Below, one piece after another: positions 55,636 to 64,000 of a stretch of 64,000 nt of DNA (within the stretch, counting starts at the first letter, position 1; every line of letters begins with the position of its first letter). The stretch lies in the IMG/VR virus record IMGVR_UViG_3300042350_002797, positions 300,555 through 364,554 of that record. One strand, written 5' to 3'. A program made the position numbers and the translations under genes. Below the pieces are notes generated by a model. That model had not been told where the DNA came from, made no database searches, and saw only the letters and a program-made list of their open reading frames with translations.

Positions 55636-55875
55636 ATGGAGCTTGCAGAGATTATAACAGTCAACTATAGTGTAGACTACGATATGCTATACGACGAGGG
55701 CAAGAGCCCAGCAGAATGCGCTGAACTGTTTACTGACTTGTTTGAGCGTACTATGAGCAATCTACTACGCGATACTGAGCGTGATAACGTGGGTGGTGTC
55801 TATATATACTATCGCGCAGGCGAACGTGTAGCATGGTTTGATTACGAGAACATGTGGGGCGGGCGTTACGAATAA
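55636..55875 (+). CDS. Early hypothetical protein
   Basis: Promoter + AAGGAG. Confidence 0.75.
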   Translation: MELAEIITVNYSVDYDMLYDEGKSPAECAELFTDLFERTMSNLLRDTERDNVGGVYIYYRAGERVAWFDYENMWGGRYE

Positions 55876-55938
55876 AACGGTTGACAAATTGGGCAGAAGA
55901 CTGTATTATACACGAACACTAACGAAAAGGAGCTAAAG

Positions 55939-56295
55939 ATGGAGCTAACTCAAAACTTTGTTAATCATGCCGTCCTTGAAGCTAAGGAAGCGGCTTATGC
56001 GGCTGCGGATGACTTCTTCCGTCAGCGTCTGAATGGTGTGGATCAGTATGCCTGTGGCTTTGCTTGGGTTAACATCTGGGAGCACAATGGCGTCAAGATT
56101 AAGGGTAACACCAAGTTGGGCAAGATGCTTAAGGCAGCTGGTGTGCGTCAGGACTATACTAAGGCGTTTCAGATCTGGAATCCCAGTGGTTTGAGCGTAC
56201 AGAACGTGGACTGCAAGGAAGTGGGTGCGCAGGCTGCGGCTGATGTATTGAAGAAGTATGGATTCACAGCCTATGCAGGATCGCGTCTGGATTGA
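55939..56295 (+). CDS. Early hypothetical protein
   Basis: Promoter + AAGGAG; ACGFAWV...SRLD. Confidence 0.8.
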   Translation: MELTQNFVNHAVLEAKEAAYAAADDFFRQRLNGVDQYACGFAWVNIWEHNGVKIKGNTKLGKMLKAAGVRQDYTKAFQIWNPSGLSVQNVDCKEVGAQAAADVLKKYGFTAYAGSRLD

Positions 56296-56386
56296 TGTTG
56301 TTTTTACGCAACAGGGTGGATTTTGGTTGACAAGTTCACCCTGTGGTGCTATACTATTGAAACTGTGTAATTAACTAGGAGCTGAT

Positions 56387-56617
56387 ATGCGTGAAGCAAC
56401 TAATCGTATTTTGGAGCTGGTGGAAGAGGGCATGTTGGACCGTGATACTGTTATCATGGCCTGCTTGAAGTACATGAGCGAGGACGATGTAGCAGACATG
56501 GCTCACGCCAACGAGTTCTTCTTGGATGAGGACGAGGAGGACGAAGAGGAAGACGAGGAGTGGGATGGACAGCCTGATGAGGCACAGGAGTGGTATGACT
56601 TTGATCCGGAATGCTAA
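56387..56617 (+). CDS. Acidic early protein
   Basis: CLKYMSEDDV; D/E-rich tail with DGQPDEAQEWYDFDP. Confidence 0.8.
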   Translation: MREATNRILELVEEGMLDRDTVIMACLKYMSEDDVADMAHANEFFLDEDEEDEEEDEEWDGQPDEAQEWYDFDPEC

Positions 56618-56681
56618 TTTCGGTTGACAGGGTGTAGAGTTGGTGTTATACTAGCTCTACACTAACAGAACAGGAGCAGAC

Positions 56682-57059
56682 ATGCGATACTATGACGAAC
56701 TGGCCCGTTACGAGCGTGAGGGCTTTGAAATCATTGTGGATAAGACCTATGAAGACATACATCCCCAAGACTGTTTTGACGACTCCTGTTACGATATCCC
56801 ACAGATCTGCCGTGACATCGACATGGGCAAATACGAATGGTTCATGCTCCGAGTCCGGGCTTTGGTTGAAGGGCACGAGTTGGGATCGGCCTACCTCGGG
56901 GGATGCTTATACGAAGACGCCCGCGAAGTCCTTAGTGACGGGACAGCCGAGGACCAAATCTACTTGGCTCTAGAAGAAGCCAAGCGGGCAGTATGGCCCT
57001 TGATGCGTCGATTGCAGGGCATTAATGAGACTATGGAACTGGAGGCTGTTCGTGGATAA
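56682..57059 (+). CDS. Early hypothetical protein
   Basis: Cassette promoter + AGGAG; GSAYLGGCLY. Confidence 0.8.
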   Translation: MRYYDELARYEREGFEIIVDKTYEDIHPQDCFDDSCYDIPQICRDIDMGKYEWFMLRVRALVEGHELGSAYLGGCLYEDAREVLSDGTAEDQIYLALEEAKRAVWPLMRRLQGINETMELEAVRG

Positions 57060-57210
57060 TTTTTTGGTTGACATTGAGTACGATCCTGTGTATAATACTT
57101 ACATGGCTTGCTACTCCAATGGTGTGGTAATCCAGCTAGGAGCCACTACGTATCAGGATGCAGTACTAGAGGCTGATTCAATTGAACCTTATGACTATGA
57201 AGGAGCGTGA
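57052..57210 (+). CDS. Small acidic protein containing an embedded promoter
   Basis: GGAGG + GTG; VDNFLVDIEYDPVYNTY...AVLEAD. Confidence 0.55.
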   Translation: MDNFLVDIEYDPVYNTYMACYSNGVVIQLGATTYQDAVLEADSIEPYDYEGA

Positions 57211-57211
57211 A

Positions 57212-57502
57212 ATGAATATTCAAACTATTAATACCGCTATCATCAACGGTGGTTGGACCAATGCGGAACTCATGAGCATGACTGATGCTATTCGCTTTGC
57301 TCGTAAACGTTTAACAGAGCGTAGTAAGGCTGAACTGGCTGTGGGTGATGCAGTGACCTTTGACAGTACTAAACAGGGTCGGGTGGTTCGTGGCACTGTG
57401 CTTAAGATTGCTATCAAATATGTCACTGTACGGGAAACTTCAGGCGGCCTGTGGAAAGTGCCTGCTAACATGTTGAGCAAGGTTGAGGATGTTTACGCTT
57501 AA
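57212..57502 (+). CDS. Early protein with SH3/KOW-like C-terminus
   Basis: AAGGAG; VGDAVTF...GTVLKI..KYVTV...WKVPANML. Confidence 0.7.
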   Translation: MNIQTINTAIINGGWTNAELMSMTDAIRFARKRLTERSKAELAVGDAVTFDSTKQGRVVRGTVLKIAIKYVTVRETSGGLWKVPANMLSKVEDVYA

Positions 57503-57710
57503 TAGAGTATTAGAGTGGGGAGCCTGCATTGTTACCCTTATAGGTGCAGGTTTTACTGCTTACAATGTATACCCCTTGAACATTATGTTCTTGGAGTTTG
57601 GTGCATTAATTTATATCTTTTGGAGCATACGTATACGCAAGCTCAGTTTGATTATAATTAATGTGACGCTGTTTGCAATCTACTTACCAGGAGTTTTAAG
57701 ACACTTATGA
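57489..57710 (+). CDS. Small multi-pass membrane protein
   Basis: Three hydrophobic segments; YPLN. Confidence 0.65.
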   Translation: MFTLNRVLEWGACIVTLIGAGFTAYNVYPLNIMFLEFGALIYIFWSIRIRKLSLIIINVTLFAIYLPGVLRHL

Positions 57711-57865
57711 TTCAACAATACGAAGCGTGGTACAAAGACCCTAGAACTGGTGCTATGATCAAGGTCTACACCCAAGCAGATAATGTATCAGCAGCCAAAA
57801 GCTTGCTAGAAGGACAATATGGTGCTGCCAACATCTGGGGCGTAGGCGCAGTTTAACAATTTAAC

Positions 57866-57895
57866 AACCGTTGTAGAAATACAACGGTTTTTTTT
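57866..57895 (+). terminator. Intrinsic terminator overlapping an upstream promoter element
   Basis: aaccgttgta-gaaa-tacaacggtt followed by a T-run. Confidence 0.75.
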
Positions 57896-57959
57896 CGGTT
57901 GACTTTTGGCTAGGGCGGTGCTATACTATTGAAACTGTCAAAAACAACTAGGAGCTGAG

Positions 57960-58205
57960 ATGTCAAACTATCCAAATATGAGTTACTGCATGTTCCAAAA
58001 CACCCAAATGGCCATGGACCAGCTGATTACTTTTATGCAAGAAGCTGACCAGGATGACATGCTGGACATGAGCAAGGACGAGCTAAGGGCCATGCGTGAG
58101 CTGTTTGGTTATTGCGAACAGTTCATGAAGTTGGCAGAAGAGTTTGATGACCGTAGACAGCAGCTCCTGGATGCCTGCGAAGATGACGAAATGGAGGAGT
58201 TCTAA
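57960..58205 (+). CDS. Early hypothetical protein
   Basis: Cassette; NMSYCMFQNT. Confidence 0.75.
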   Translation: MSNYPNMSYCMFQNTQMAMDQLITFMQEADQDDMLDMSKDELRAMRELFGYCEQFMKLAEEFDDRRQQLLDACEDDEMEEF

Positions 58206-58468
58206 TGTATACCGTTGAAATCTACAAGAAGGATGCTCGTACCAAATCAGGCGAGCGTAGGGTACACAAGGAAGACTACAAGACAGACAATCGGTCCATG
58301 CTGGAGCATACTGTGCAGACCACATGGTTAGCACGGGATGGCTACCGCTACGAGATACACGAGACCTATGTTGTGCGTAAGAACGCCTTGAATGGGCAGG
58401 AGTTTGAAGAACGTTACGACGTGCCTTACTACTGCTCACCACGTAGCGAAACTTATTGGAGTGCTTAA
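58205..58468 (+). CDS. Early hypothetical protein
   Basis: GGAGGAG; PYYCSPRSETYWS. Confidence 0.75.
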   Translation: MYTVEIYKKDARTKSGERRVHKEDYKTDNRSMLEHTVQTTWLARDGYRYEIHETYVVRKNALNGQEFEERYDVPYYCSPRSETYWSA

Positions 58469-58668
58469 TGTTAACAGCTAAACAACAATGGTTATTTGAG
58501 CAACTGGGTGAGAGCCCAGCAGACGAGCATGAGGTTAGATTGCGTCATCGTCTATGCGTGGAGCAGTACGGAGCTGTTAAAGATTTCACAAGATGGCTGA
58601 CCAAGCGTCTGTATCGCAAGTGGGAGCTAGATCGTAGCAGAACAACAACACCTTATCTAGGAGACTAA
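58468..58668 (+). CDS. Hypothetical protein
   Basis: Coupled ORF. Confidence 0.55.
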   Translation: MLTAKQQWLFEQLGESPADEHEVRLRHRLCVEQYGAVKDFTRWLTKRLYRKWELDRSRTTTPYLGD

Positions 58669-58850
58669 TATGTTAAAAATAGCAATAGGTATGGGCAGCA
58701 TTGTTATGATGATTGCAACACTAATTACTGCTTTAGTAATAACCCGAATGTGCCTTAGTGCTGCTCATCACTTCCTGCTGAAATAGGTTGACATTTGGGC
58801 ACAGAGGTGCTATTATATACACACTTAGACAACAACAGAAGGAGAGCGAA

Positions 58851-59294
58851 ATGGGTACAAGATCATTGACGTTTGTTTACAGCGAAAACGATAAGCCTAT
58901 TGTCAACTTGTATAGACAGTATGATGGCTATCCCACAGGCCATGGTGCTGAGCTTGCAGAGTTCCTCAGTGAGTTTGCTGCTATTACTAATGGCATTGCT
59001 GTGGGTGAGACACGTCGTACTGCCAATGGCATGGGCTGCTTGGCTGCTCAATTAGTAGCACACTTCAAAAACAGCGTGGGCGGGTTTTACATCCACAGCG
59101 TTGACTCCAAGGAGTGTGGACAGGACTATGAGTACCACGTGTATCAGGGTGGTGCTAATGGCGAGCTGTGGGTACGTGTTAAGGATCGTGGCTGCAATAT
59201 GTTCGGCCTGACACTGAGCGACATGGACAAAAGTATTTTTGATGGTCCTGTTAGCCATTTTGTAACATTCTGTAGCGAAAAAACAACAGCATAA
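58851..59294 (+). CDS. Early hypothetical protein
   Basis: AAGGAG; MGTRS...YRQYDGYP.GHG...NGMGCLAAQ. Confidence 0.8.
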   Translation: MGTRSLTFVYSENDKPIVNLYRQYDGYPTGHGAELAEFLSEFAAITNGIAVGETRRTANGMGCLAAQLVAHFKNSVGGFYIHSVDSKECGQDYEYHVYQGGANGELWVRVKDRGCNMFGLTLSDMDKSIFDGPVSHFVTFCSEKTTA

Positions 59295-59358
59295 ATTGGT
59301 TGACAAAGTGTAGGGCTGGTGTTATACTAGCTCTACACTAACAAAACAGGAGCAGACA

Positions 59359-59619
59359 ATGTCTAGATTTGCAATTGAACAGTTTGTAGAGCGTGAGAAC
59401 AAGTTTGGTGCCATCTTTGGTTCCAAGCCCTTGAGCTTACTGAACAAGGCGGATCGTCAGCGTATTGCAGACAAGATTGATGCGGCACTGAGCCCAGAGA
59501 ACTTGACCTGCGATGGTGAACTGCCTAGAGCAGAGGTGCAGAAGCGTTACAACTTCCTCACTAAGGCTGCAAAAGAACTGAAGAGTATTGACCCTGCTGT
59601 TGAAATGTACGGATTCTAA
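59359..59619 (+). CDS. Early hypothetical protein
   Basis: Cassette; LSPENLTCDGE. Confidence 0.8.
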   Translation: MSRFAIEQFVERENKFGAIFGSKPLSLLNKADRQRIADKIDAALSPENLTCDGELPRAEVQKRYNFLTKAAKELKSIDPAVEMYGF

Positions 59620-59629
59620 GGAGACTGAT

Positions 59630-60196
59630 ATGCCTAACTGGTGCTCAAATAGTGTTGTGCTCAAGCACAAAGACCCTACATTCGTTGCTCGTGCTCGTGA
59701 GGCATTTAACGAAGGTACCCTACTAAATGAATTCATTCCTGTCCCTAAAGACCTCAAGGAGACTGTCAGTGGGTTCATGGGTGATACAGAAGAGCAGAAG
59801 CAACTAGAGATTCAGACTGCATACAATATCAAGAACTATGGATATGGCAACTGGTATGACTTCTGCGTAAACGAGTGGGGTACCAAATGGGATGTAGGTG
59901 CCGATGGTCAGCCGGCACAGGACATTGAAGGCGGCCTAATGTTGAACTTTGATTCAGCGTGGGCACCACCGATCAGAGCCTATGAGAAGATGGTAAGTAT
60001 GGGCTTCGAAGTAGAAGCATTATATTACGAATCTGGCATGGGTTTTGTAGGCGAATGGATCGATGGCGAAGACTATTGCTATCAGATCGAAGGCAACAGT
60101 GAGTGGGTGCGTGAGAACATACCTGAGCACTTAGACGAAGCCTTCGCTATCAGTGAAGGTATGGAACAATGGGAAGAGGAAAATGAAGAAAGTTAA
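59630..60196 (+). CDS. DUF1281/YubB-like ferredoxin-fold protein
   Basis: MPNWCSN...WYDFCVNEWGTKWD...FDSAWAPP...YYESGMGFVG. Confidence 0.7.
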   Translation: MPNWCSNSVVLKHKDPTFVARAREAFNEGTLLNEFIPVPKDLKETVSGFMGDTEEQKQLEIQTAYNIKNYGYGNWYDFCVNEWGTKWDVGADGQPAQDIEGGLMLNFDSAWAPPIRAYEKMVSMGFEVEALYYESGMGFVGEWIDGEDYCYQIEGNSEWVRENIPEHLDEAFAISEGMEQWEEENEES

Positions 60197-60280
60197 ACCA
60201 GTAGTACCAAAGATACGTCCTAAGGAACCTAATTGGGACTTTTCAGGAATCGAAGCAGTGATTAGACTATGGGCAAAGGG

Positions 60281-60550
60281 ATGAGCAAACTACAACTACT
60301 TCACAGACAGTGGGTAGTGTTTGATGCCCACAATGAGAACCATCGTAGATATTATGCAGACTTTTGCAAATATGCTACTTGGGGACGCTGCCCAGTCCGT
60401 TTCATAATGGACGATGACAGTAACGATTTAATAACAATGATTCAACGAAAGTTAGTAGAATATTATGTTACGGAGGAGTTTCCTGTAGTATCAAAGCCTA
60501 AAATCAAAACGGATAGATATATGGTTGACTCAGCACCAAAAACCGCTTGA
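60281..60550 (+). CDS. Hypothetical protein
   Basis: FDAHNENHR...WGRCPVRF. Confidence 0.65.
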   Translation: MSKLQLLHRQWVVFDAHNENHRRYYADFCKYATWGRCPVRFIMDDDSNDLITMIQRKLVEYYVTEEFPVVSKPKIKTDRYMVDSAPKTA

Positions 60551-60634
60551 CAAAGTATTCGAACTAGCGTATAATTCGAATTGTAGTAGCAATATTACTT
60601 TGTATTTTTATTAACACACACATGGAGATTTTGA

Positions 60635-60985
60635 ATGACTAACCAAACTTTTACTGTAGCTGGTACTTCTAAACACAAAGGCGAATTCAAAGTTCGTTTC
60701 GCTAATGATTTGATGCGTACCAAGAATCTTACCAAGTCAGGACACACTGACATTACACTAGTTGAGCTGCCACAAGCTATGTTGAAGCTGGATGCTATCA
60801 AGTACATCGCAACTCTGGATGAGTTTGATAATGTTGGTGCAAAGACTGCGATCATGGACTACTTGGATCGCAAGGACGAAGCACCTAAAGCTAAGGGTCC
60901 GGCTGTCAAAGCATCAGGCCCCGCTGCTAAGAAGGTTACCAAGGCTAAGGCAGCAGTGACCGCCGACGAAGACGCACCATTTTAA
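60635..60985 (+). CDS. Hypothetical protein with K/A-rich tail
   Basis: Promoter at 60547; GGAG; VAGTS...KVRFAND. Confidence 0.75.
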   Translation: MTNQTFTVAGTSKHKGEFKVRFANDLMRTKNLTKSGHTDITLVELPQAMLKLDAIKYIATLDEFDNVGAKTAIMDYLDRKDEAPKAKGPAVKASGPAAKKVTKAKAAVTADEDAPF

Positions 60986-61024
60986 TCGCGTGTGAGGCCT
61001 CCGTATCGTATAAATAAAATCACT

Positions 61025-61201
61025 ATGCGATACGGAGTTTCTTTTTCAAATGACTACTTTGAGGGTTCAGTGGTAATACGTGACTTTCAAAGTGAACCCA
61101 AGGGCCGCGTGTTGGCCATCATACCTAGAGATAATAGACACGAAGCAGAACAAGAAGCACAGAGGATCTGCGACTTACTTAATAAATCCTTAGCACAATG
61201 A
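61025..61201 (+). CDS. Hypothetical protein
   Basis: TATAAATA upstream; AQRICDLLN. Confidence 0.55.
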   Translation: MRYGVSFSNDYFEGSVVIRDFQSEPKGRVLAIIPRDNRHEAEQEAQRICDLLNKSLAQ

Positions 61202-61383
61202 TTTTCGAACTATATGAGGTCTGGACCGAAGACTCTCTCGGACATCAAGAACTAGTAGATACCACCAGCAGTATCGTCGAAGCTAGAATTATTGCAGAAC
61301 AAGCACTTGACGATGGTGCAGAATATGTTATAATATATAGAGAAACAGAAGACGGCGAATTAGAAGTAGTAGAAGAAATGTAA
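61198..61383 (+). CDS. Acidic hypothetical protein
   Basis: Coupled ORF. Confidence 0.6.
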   Translation: MIFELYEVWTEDSLGHQELVDTTSSIVEARIIAEQALDDGAEYVIIYRETEDGELEVVEEM

Positions 61384-61384
61384 T

Positions 61385-61469
61385 GCCCGGGTGGTGGAAT
61401 GGTAGACACAAGGGACTTAAAATCCCTCGCCCATAAGGCGTGCCGGTTCGAGTCCGGCTCCGGGTACCA
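61385..61469 (+). tRNA. tRNA-Leu (TAA)
   Basis: Cloverleaf with long variable arm, loop CT-TAA-AA, CCA end. Confidence 0.92.
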
Positions 61470-61473
61470 ATAT

Positions 61474-61550
61474 CTGACCATAGCTCAATCGGATAGAGCA
61501 ACAGCCTTCTAAGCTGTAGGTTGGGGGTTCGATTCCCTCTGGTCAGGCCA
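61474..61550 (+). tRNA. tRNA-Arg (TCT)
   Basis: CTGACCA/TGGTCAG acceptor, loop CT-TCT-AA, CCA end. Confidence 0.92.
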
Positions 61551-61554
61551 AGTA

Positions 61555-61632
<78 letters not shown>

Positions 61633-61737
61633 CTCATCTAGGTTAGTAAGCACTTACTTACACACTAAAATTTTGGTTGACTTTTTTGCGCAAACCTGTA
61701 TAATACAAACACTTAAACAAAACAGCAGGAGCGTAAA

Positions 61738-62037
61738 ATGCGTATTAAAAAAGCAACTAAAGCAGACGTAGCAACTATTGTACAAATTATGCAAGCAGAC
61801 CTTGCAAAATATGTAAAACTAACTAAAACAGCGTATGCAGACAAAATTGCAGACAGCACTTACATAGCAGAATTGCACTACGACGATATTGTACACAATT
61901 ACAATGCACTAGTGCAATTTATGCAAGACAAAGACACTGTAAAATTGTGCGACACAATTATGCGACAGGACACTGCACCACGGGAGTACTTTTACAAAAC
62001 TATACATTTTTGCACAGACAATTATATGTACTATTAA
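61738..62037 (+). CDS. Early protein in the TC-free island
   Basis: Cassette promoter + AGGAG; QDTAPRE. Confidence 0.8.
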   Translation: MRIKKATKADVATIVQIMQADLAKYVKLTKTAYADKIADSTYIAELHYDDIVHNYNALVQFMQDKDTVKLCDTIMRQDTAPREYFYKTIHFCTDNYMYY

Positions 62038-62109
62038 TTTTTTGGTTGACAAAGTGTGTGTGCTATGCTATAGTACACACACTTAAACAGTAATTGTAAG
62101 GAGCGTAAA

Positions 62110-62292
62110 ATGCAAACAGTTATTAAACAGCAACTTTTTAATAAATTAGCAGAAGTACAAGACCTGCTGAAACAAGCTACCTGCGACAGCGAAAGTTACG
62201 CACAAAGTTTACAGGATAACATTGGGTGGGCAGCTGAGCTAGATATTGCGCTGCGTACACTTACAGACAATGTAGATTATTACGTGGATTAA
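62110..62292 (+). CDS. Early protein in the TC-free island
   Basis: Cassette promoter + AAGGAG. Confidence 0.75.
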   Translation: MQTVIKQQLFNKLAEVQDLLKQATCDSESYAQSLQDNIGWAAELDIALRTLTDNVDYYVD

Positions 62293-62359
62293 TTTTGGTT
62301 GACAATGTAGTGTATGTGTGCTATAATGTACACATACACTAACAAAACAGGAGCACACA

Positions 62360-62524
62360 ATGACCGAAGCTAAAATTGAGCGGCTAGAGCGTACACTGTG
62401 GGAGCTGGAGCAGCTGGCTAGTGAGCTGTTTGACATGGGCTACATTACACAGGGCAATGCGATTTATGGCGTGGTAGAAACTGTAGACGCTGAGCTTGCG
62501 GACATTGTAGAAGGGAGAGAGTAA
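62360..62524 (+). CDS. Early acidic protein in the TC-free island (not in ORF track)
   Basis: AGGAG + ATG; MTEAKIERLERTLWELEQL... Confidence 0.7.
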   Translation: MTEAKIERLERTLWELEQLASELFDMGYITQGNAIYGVVETVDAELADIVEGRE

Positions 62525-62757
62525 TGTTATTGAAACAACACGTTAACGAACTAGTAAACATGGATGCTGCTGGCCTTAGCAAAATTACAAGGCATACAGG
62601 CTACAAGGATGCTAATTTCGCAACCTGCGAGTTTGTGGGCATTACTAACGGCGGTGAGTTTGCGTACAGGGCCAGCTACTACGAGGATGGCAGAGAACAG
62701 TTTACAAAATTGTATGTGTGGCGAGACACTGCTGGGAACTTTGTAGCAGACTACTAA
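62524..62757 (+). CDS. Early hypothetical protein
   Basis: Coupled; FVGITNGGEF.Y. Confidence 0.75.
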   Translation: MLLKQHVNELVNMDAAGLSKITRHTGYKDANFATCEFVGITNGGEFAYRASYYEDGREQFTKLYVWRDTAGNFVADY

Positions 62758-62822
62758 AAACGGTTGACATTTTGGACAGTTAGTGTATAATAGCTGCATA
62801 CGTTAACAAAACAGGAGCTAAA

Positions 62823-63065
62823 ATGTTTGCACAAGCTAAAAACAACACTGCTTACGCTAAATTGTCCTTTTGCAAAAAGCTAAAACTGTTTAAAATGATC
62901 GTTGCTTTTAACGTAACACAGCGTAACGCTAAGGGCAAATTGTTGTTTCCTGTACAACAAAAGTGCAACTATGTTAGTGGTCACTTTGCTTTAGAGGAGC
63001 TTGCTAAACAGTTAACAGTCGCGGAGCAGCACCTGCGTACAAATAAAATTGTAATTGCAGAATAA
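62823..63065 (+). CDS. Basic early protein
   Basis: Cassette; contains no Asp. Confidence 0.7.
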   Translation: MFAQAKNNTAYAKLSFCKKLKLFKMIVAFNVTQRNAKGKLLFPVQQKCNYVSGHFALEELAKQLTVAEQHLRTNKIVIAE

Positions 63066-63132
63066 AATTGGTTGACAAGCTAGTGTATGTGTGCTATAAT
63101 GTACACATACACTAACAAAACAGGAGCGAAAA

Positions 63133-63384
63133 ATGTTTAAATTAGATGAGCGTAGTGAAGTGTACTTCCAGGGCAAGACCTACACCACATGGCACGGTAG
63201 TCCATTTGATCGTGGTAGCGCAGACAGCTACTATGGTCGTGGTGCTAAGGCACACTGGTATCCCGAGGGTACTGGACGTGGTGAAGCAATTACTGAAGAG
63301 CGTATGAGCTTGACAGAGATTGAAGCATACTACGCAGGCTATGATCACAATGAGCGGTTTGGTGACAAGAAGAATTGGTATTAA
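63133..63384 (+). CDS. Early hypothetical protein
   Basis: Cassette; HGSPFDRGSADSYYGR. Confidence 0.8.
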   Translation: MFKLDERSEVYFQGKTYTTWHGSPFDRGSADSYYGRGAKAHWYPEGTGRGEAITEERMSLTEIEAYYAGYDHNERFGDKKNWY

Positions 63385-63387
63385 GAT

Positions 63388-63789
63388 TATGGTGAGGAAG
63401 CAAGGTTGGGGTTTGGTCACTGTATAGTGGCTGTGCGCTGAAACAACCCGTAATGCGAATATCCTTGTGGTAAGCAGAGAGTTGGCGTGGCGACCAACCA
63501 CCATACAAGTTCCGGTTACTACTTTCCTGAAAGTAGCGGGTGGCACCGAGATTGGCCCGGTGAGCTAGGACACCGTTAGAGCAATGCAGAGCTGGGCCCT
63601 AGATATGCGGACACAACCGCTAGCGAATATGCTCAAACAAATGTGGACAGGGCAACAACTCCAGCATAGGGGCGATCCGTGGAAAGACGTGGCCTAAGCA
63701 ATTATACTAAAACACATTTCGAGCGGTGTCCCGGTATCGGCCAGCCCGCCCCAAAGTAGCTGTCTAGGGTAGTGTGTTTTGATATAATT
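63388..63789 (+). ncRNA. Candidate cluster of structured ncRNAs
   Basis: ~400-nt GC-richer block with no + strand gene and nested stems (tatggtg/caccata, caagg/ccttg, ggtcact/agtggct, gttgg/ccaac, ctacttt/aaagtag, caccg/cggtg, aattata..aaaacaca/tgtgtttt..tataatt). Confidence 0.55.
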
Positions 63790-63851
63790 CGGTTGACAAC
63801 TCAGACTCTTGGTGCTATAATATACACATACTGAAACAACAGGAGCGTGAT

Positions 63852-64000
63852 ATGGGATACAAGGTACTGAACACTGTGGACAATATGCGTGACAACTATG
63901 GTCCACGCCCTGGGCTAGAAGGTCCGTACAATTTCAACGGTAGGGTTCTGTACTACGATCCAAAGGAAGGCCAGTACTATGACCCACGCACAGACTTCTA
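63852..64000 (+). CDS. Early hypothetical protein, 3'-truncated
   Basis: Cassette promoter + AGGAG; GLEGPY...GRVLYYDPKEG.YYDP.TDF. Confidence 0.75.
   Translation, partial: MGYKVLNTVDNMRDNYGPRPGLEGPYNFNGRVLYYDPKEGQYYDPRTDF

Noticed and set aside
63142-63906. Minus-strand ORFs over the ncRNA-like block
   Set aside because: They are antisense to a uniformly + strand region, lack SD or promoter, and have no recognisable motifs.

Overview
This 64-kb window looks like part of a large lytic tailed phage genome with T4-like/jumbo-myovirus organisation and no cellular housekeeping context. The CAT tRNA and heptose genes hint at a Gram-negative, possibly betaproteobacterial, host. (1) ~0.3-40.9 kb, mostly minus strand: a late/virion region with giant Ig-repeat, LamG and Pro-poor G-[FY]-T-G-S collagen-like fibre genes. 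Downstream of these is a four-domain glycosyltransferase/FkbM gene and an ADP-heptose-type sugar cluster (cupin, HldE-like adenylyltransferase, HldE-like kinase, HldD). The arm also has host-like accessory genes (YqgE, YbaN, thermonuclease, cell-wall hydrolase, a second HldD) and a DGQH(ParB-like)+HNH pair. Many genes here are preceded by a TAAATA late-promoter-like motif. (2) 41-55 kb, plus strand: dense small genes including expanded paralog families, a bL12-CTD-like protein, a PBP7-like peptidase and an amber (CTA) suppressor tRNA. (3) After a structured non-coding junction at ~55.1-55.6 kb: about 15 sigma70 promoter-RBS-small-ORF cassettes, three tRNAs and a structured ncRNA-like block. 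The most striking observations are: an amber suppressor tRNA ~290 bp upstream of a gene with a strong RBS and an in-frame TAG at codon 3, in an otherwise standard-code genome (a possible single-gene 'amber gate'); a ~980-nt early-gene island with no 5'-TC-3' on the + strand; a stand-alone, leaderless HemA-dimerisation-domain-like gene; a ubiquitin-like late protein; and promoter hairpins whose only mismatches are G-T. All family calls come from motif recognition by eye; no searches were run.
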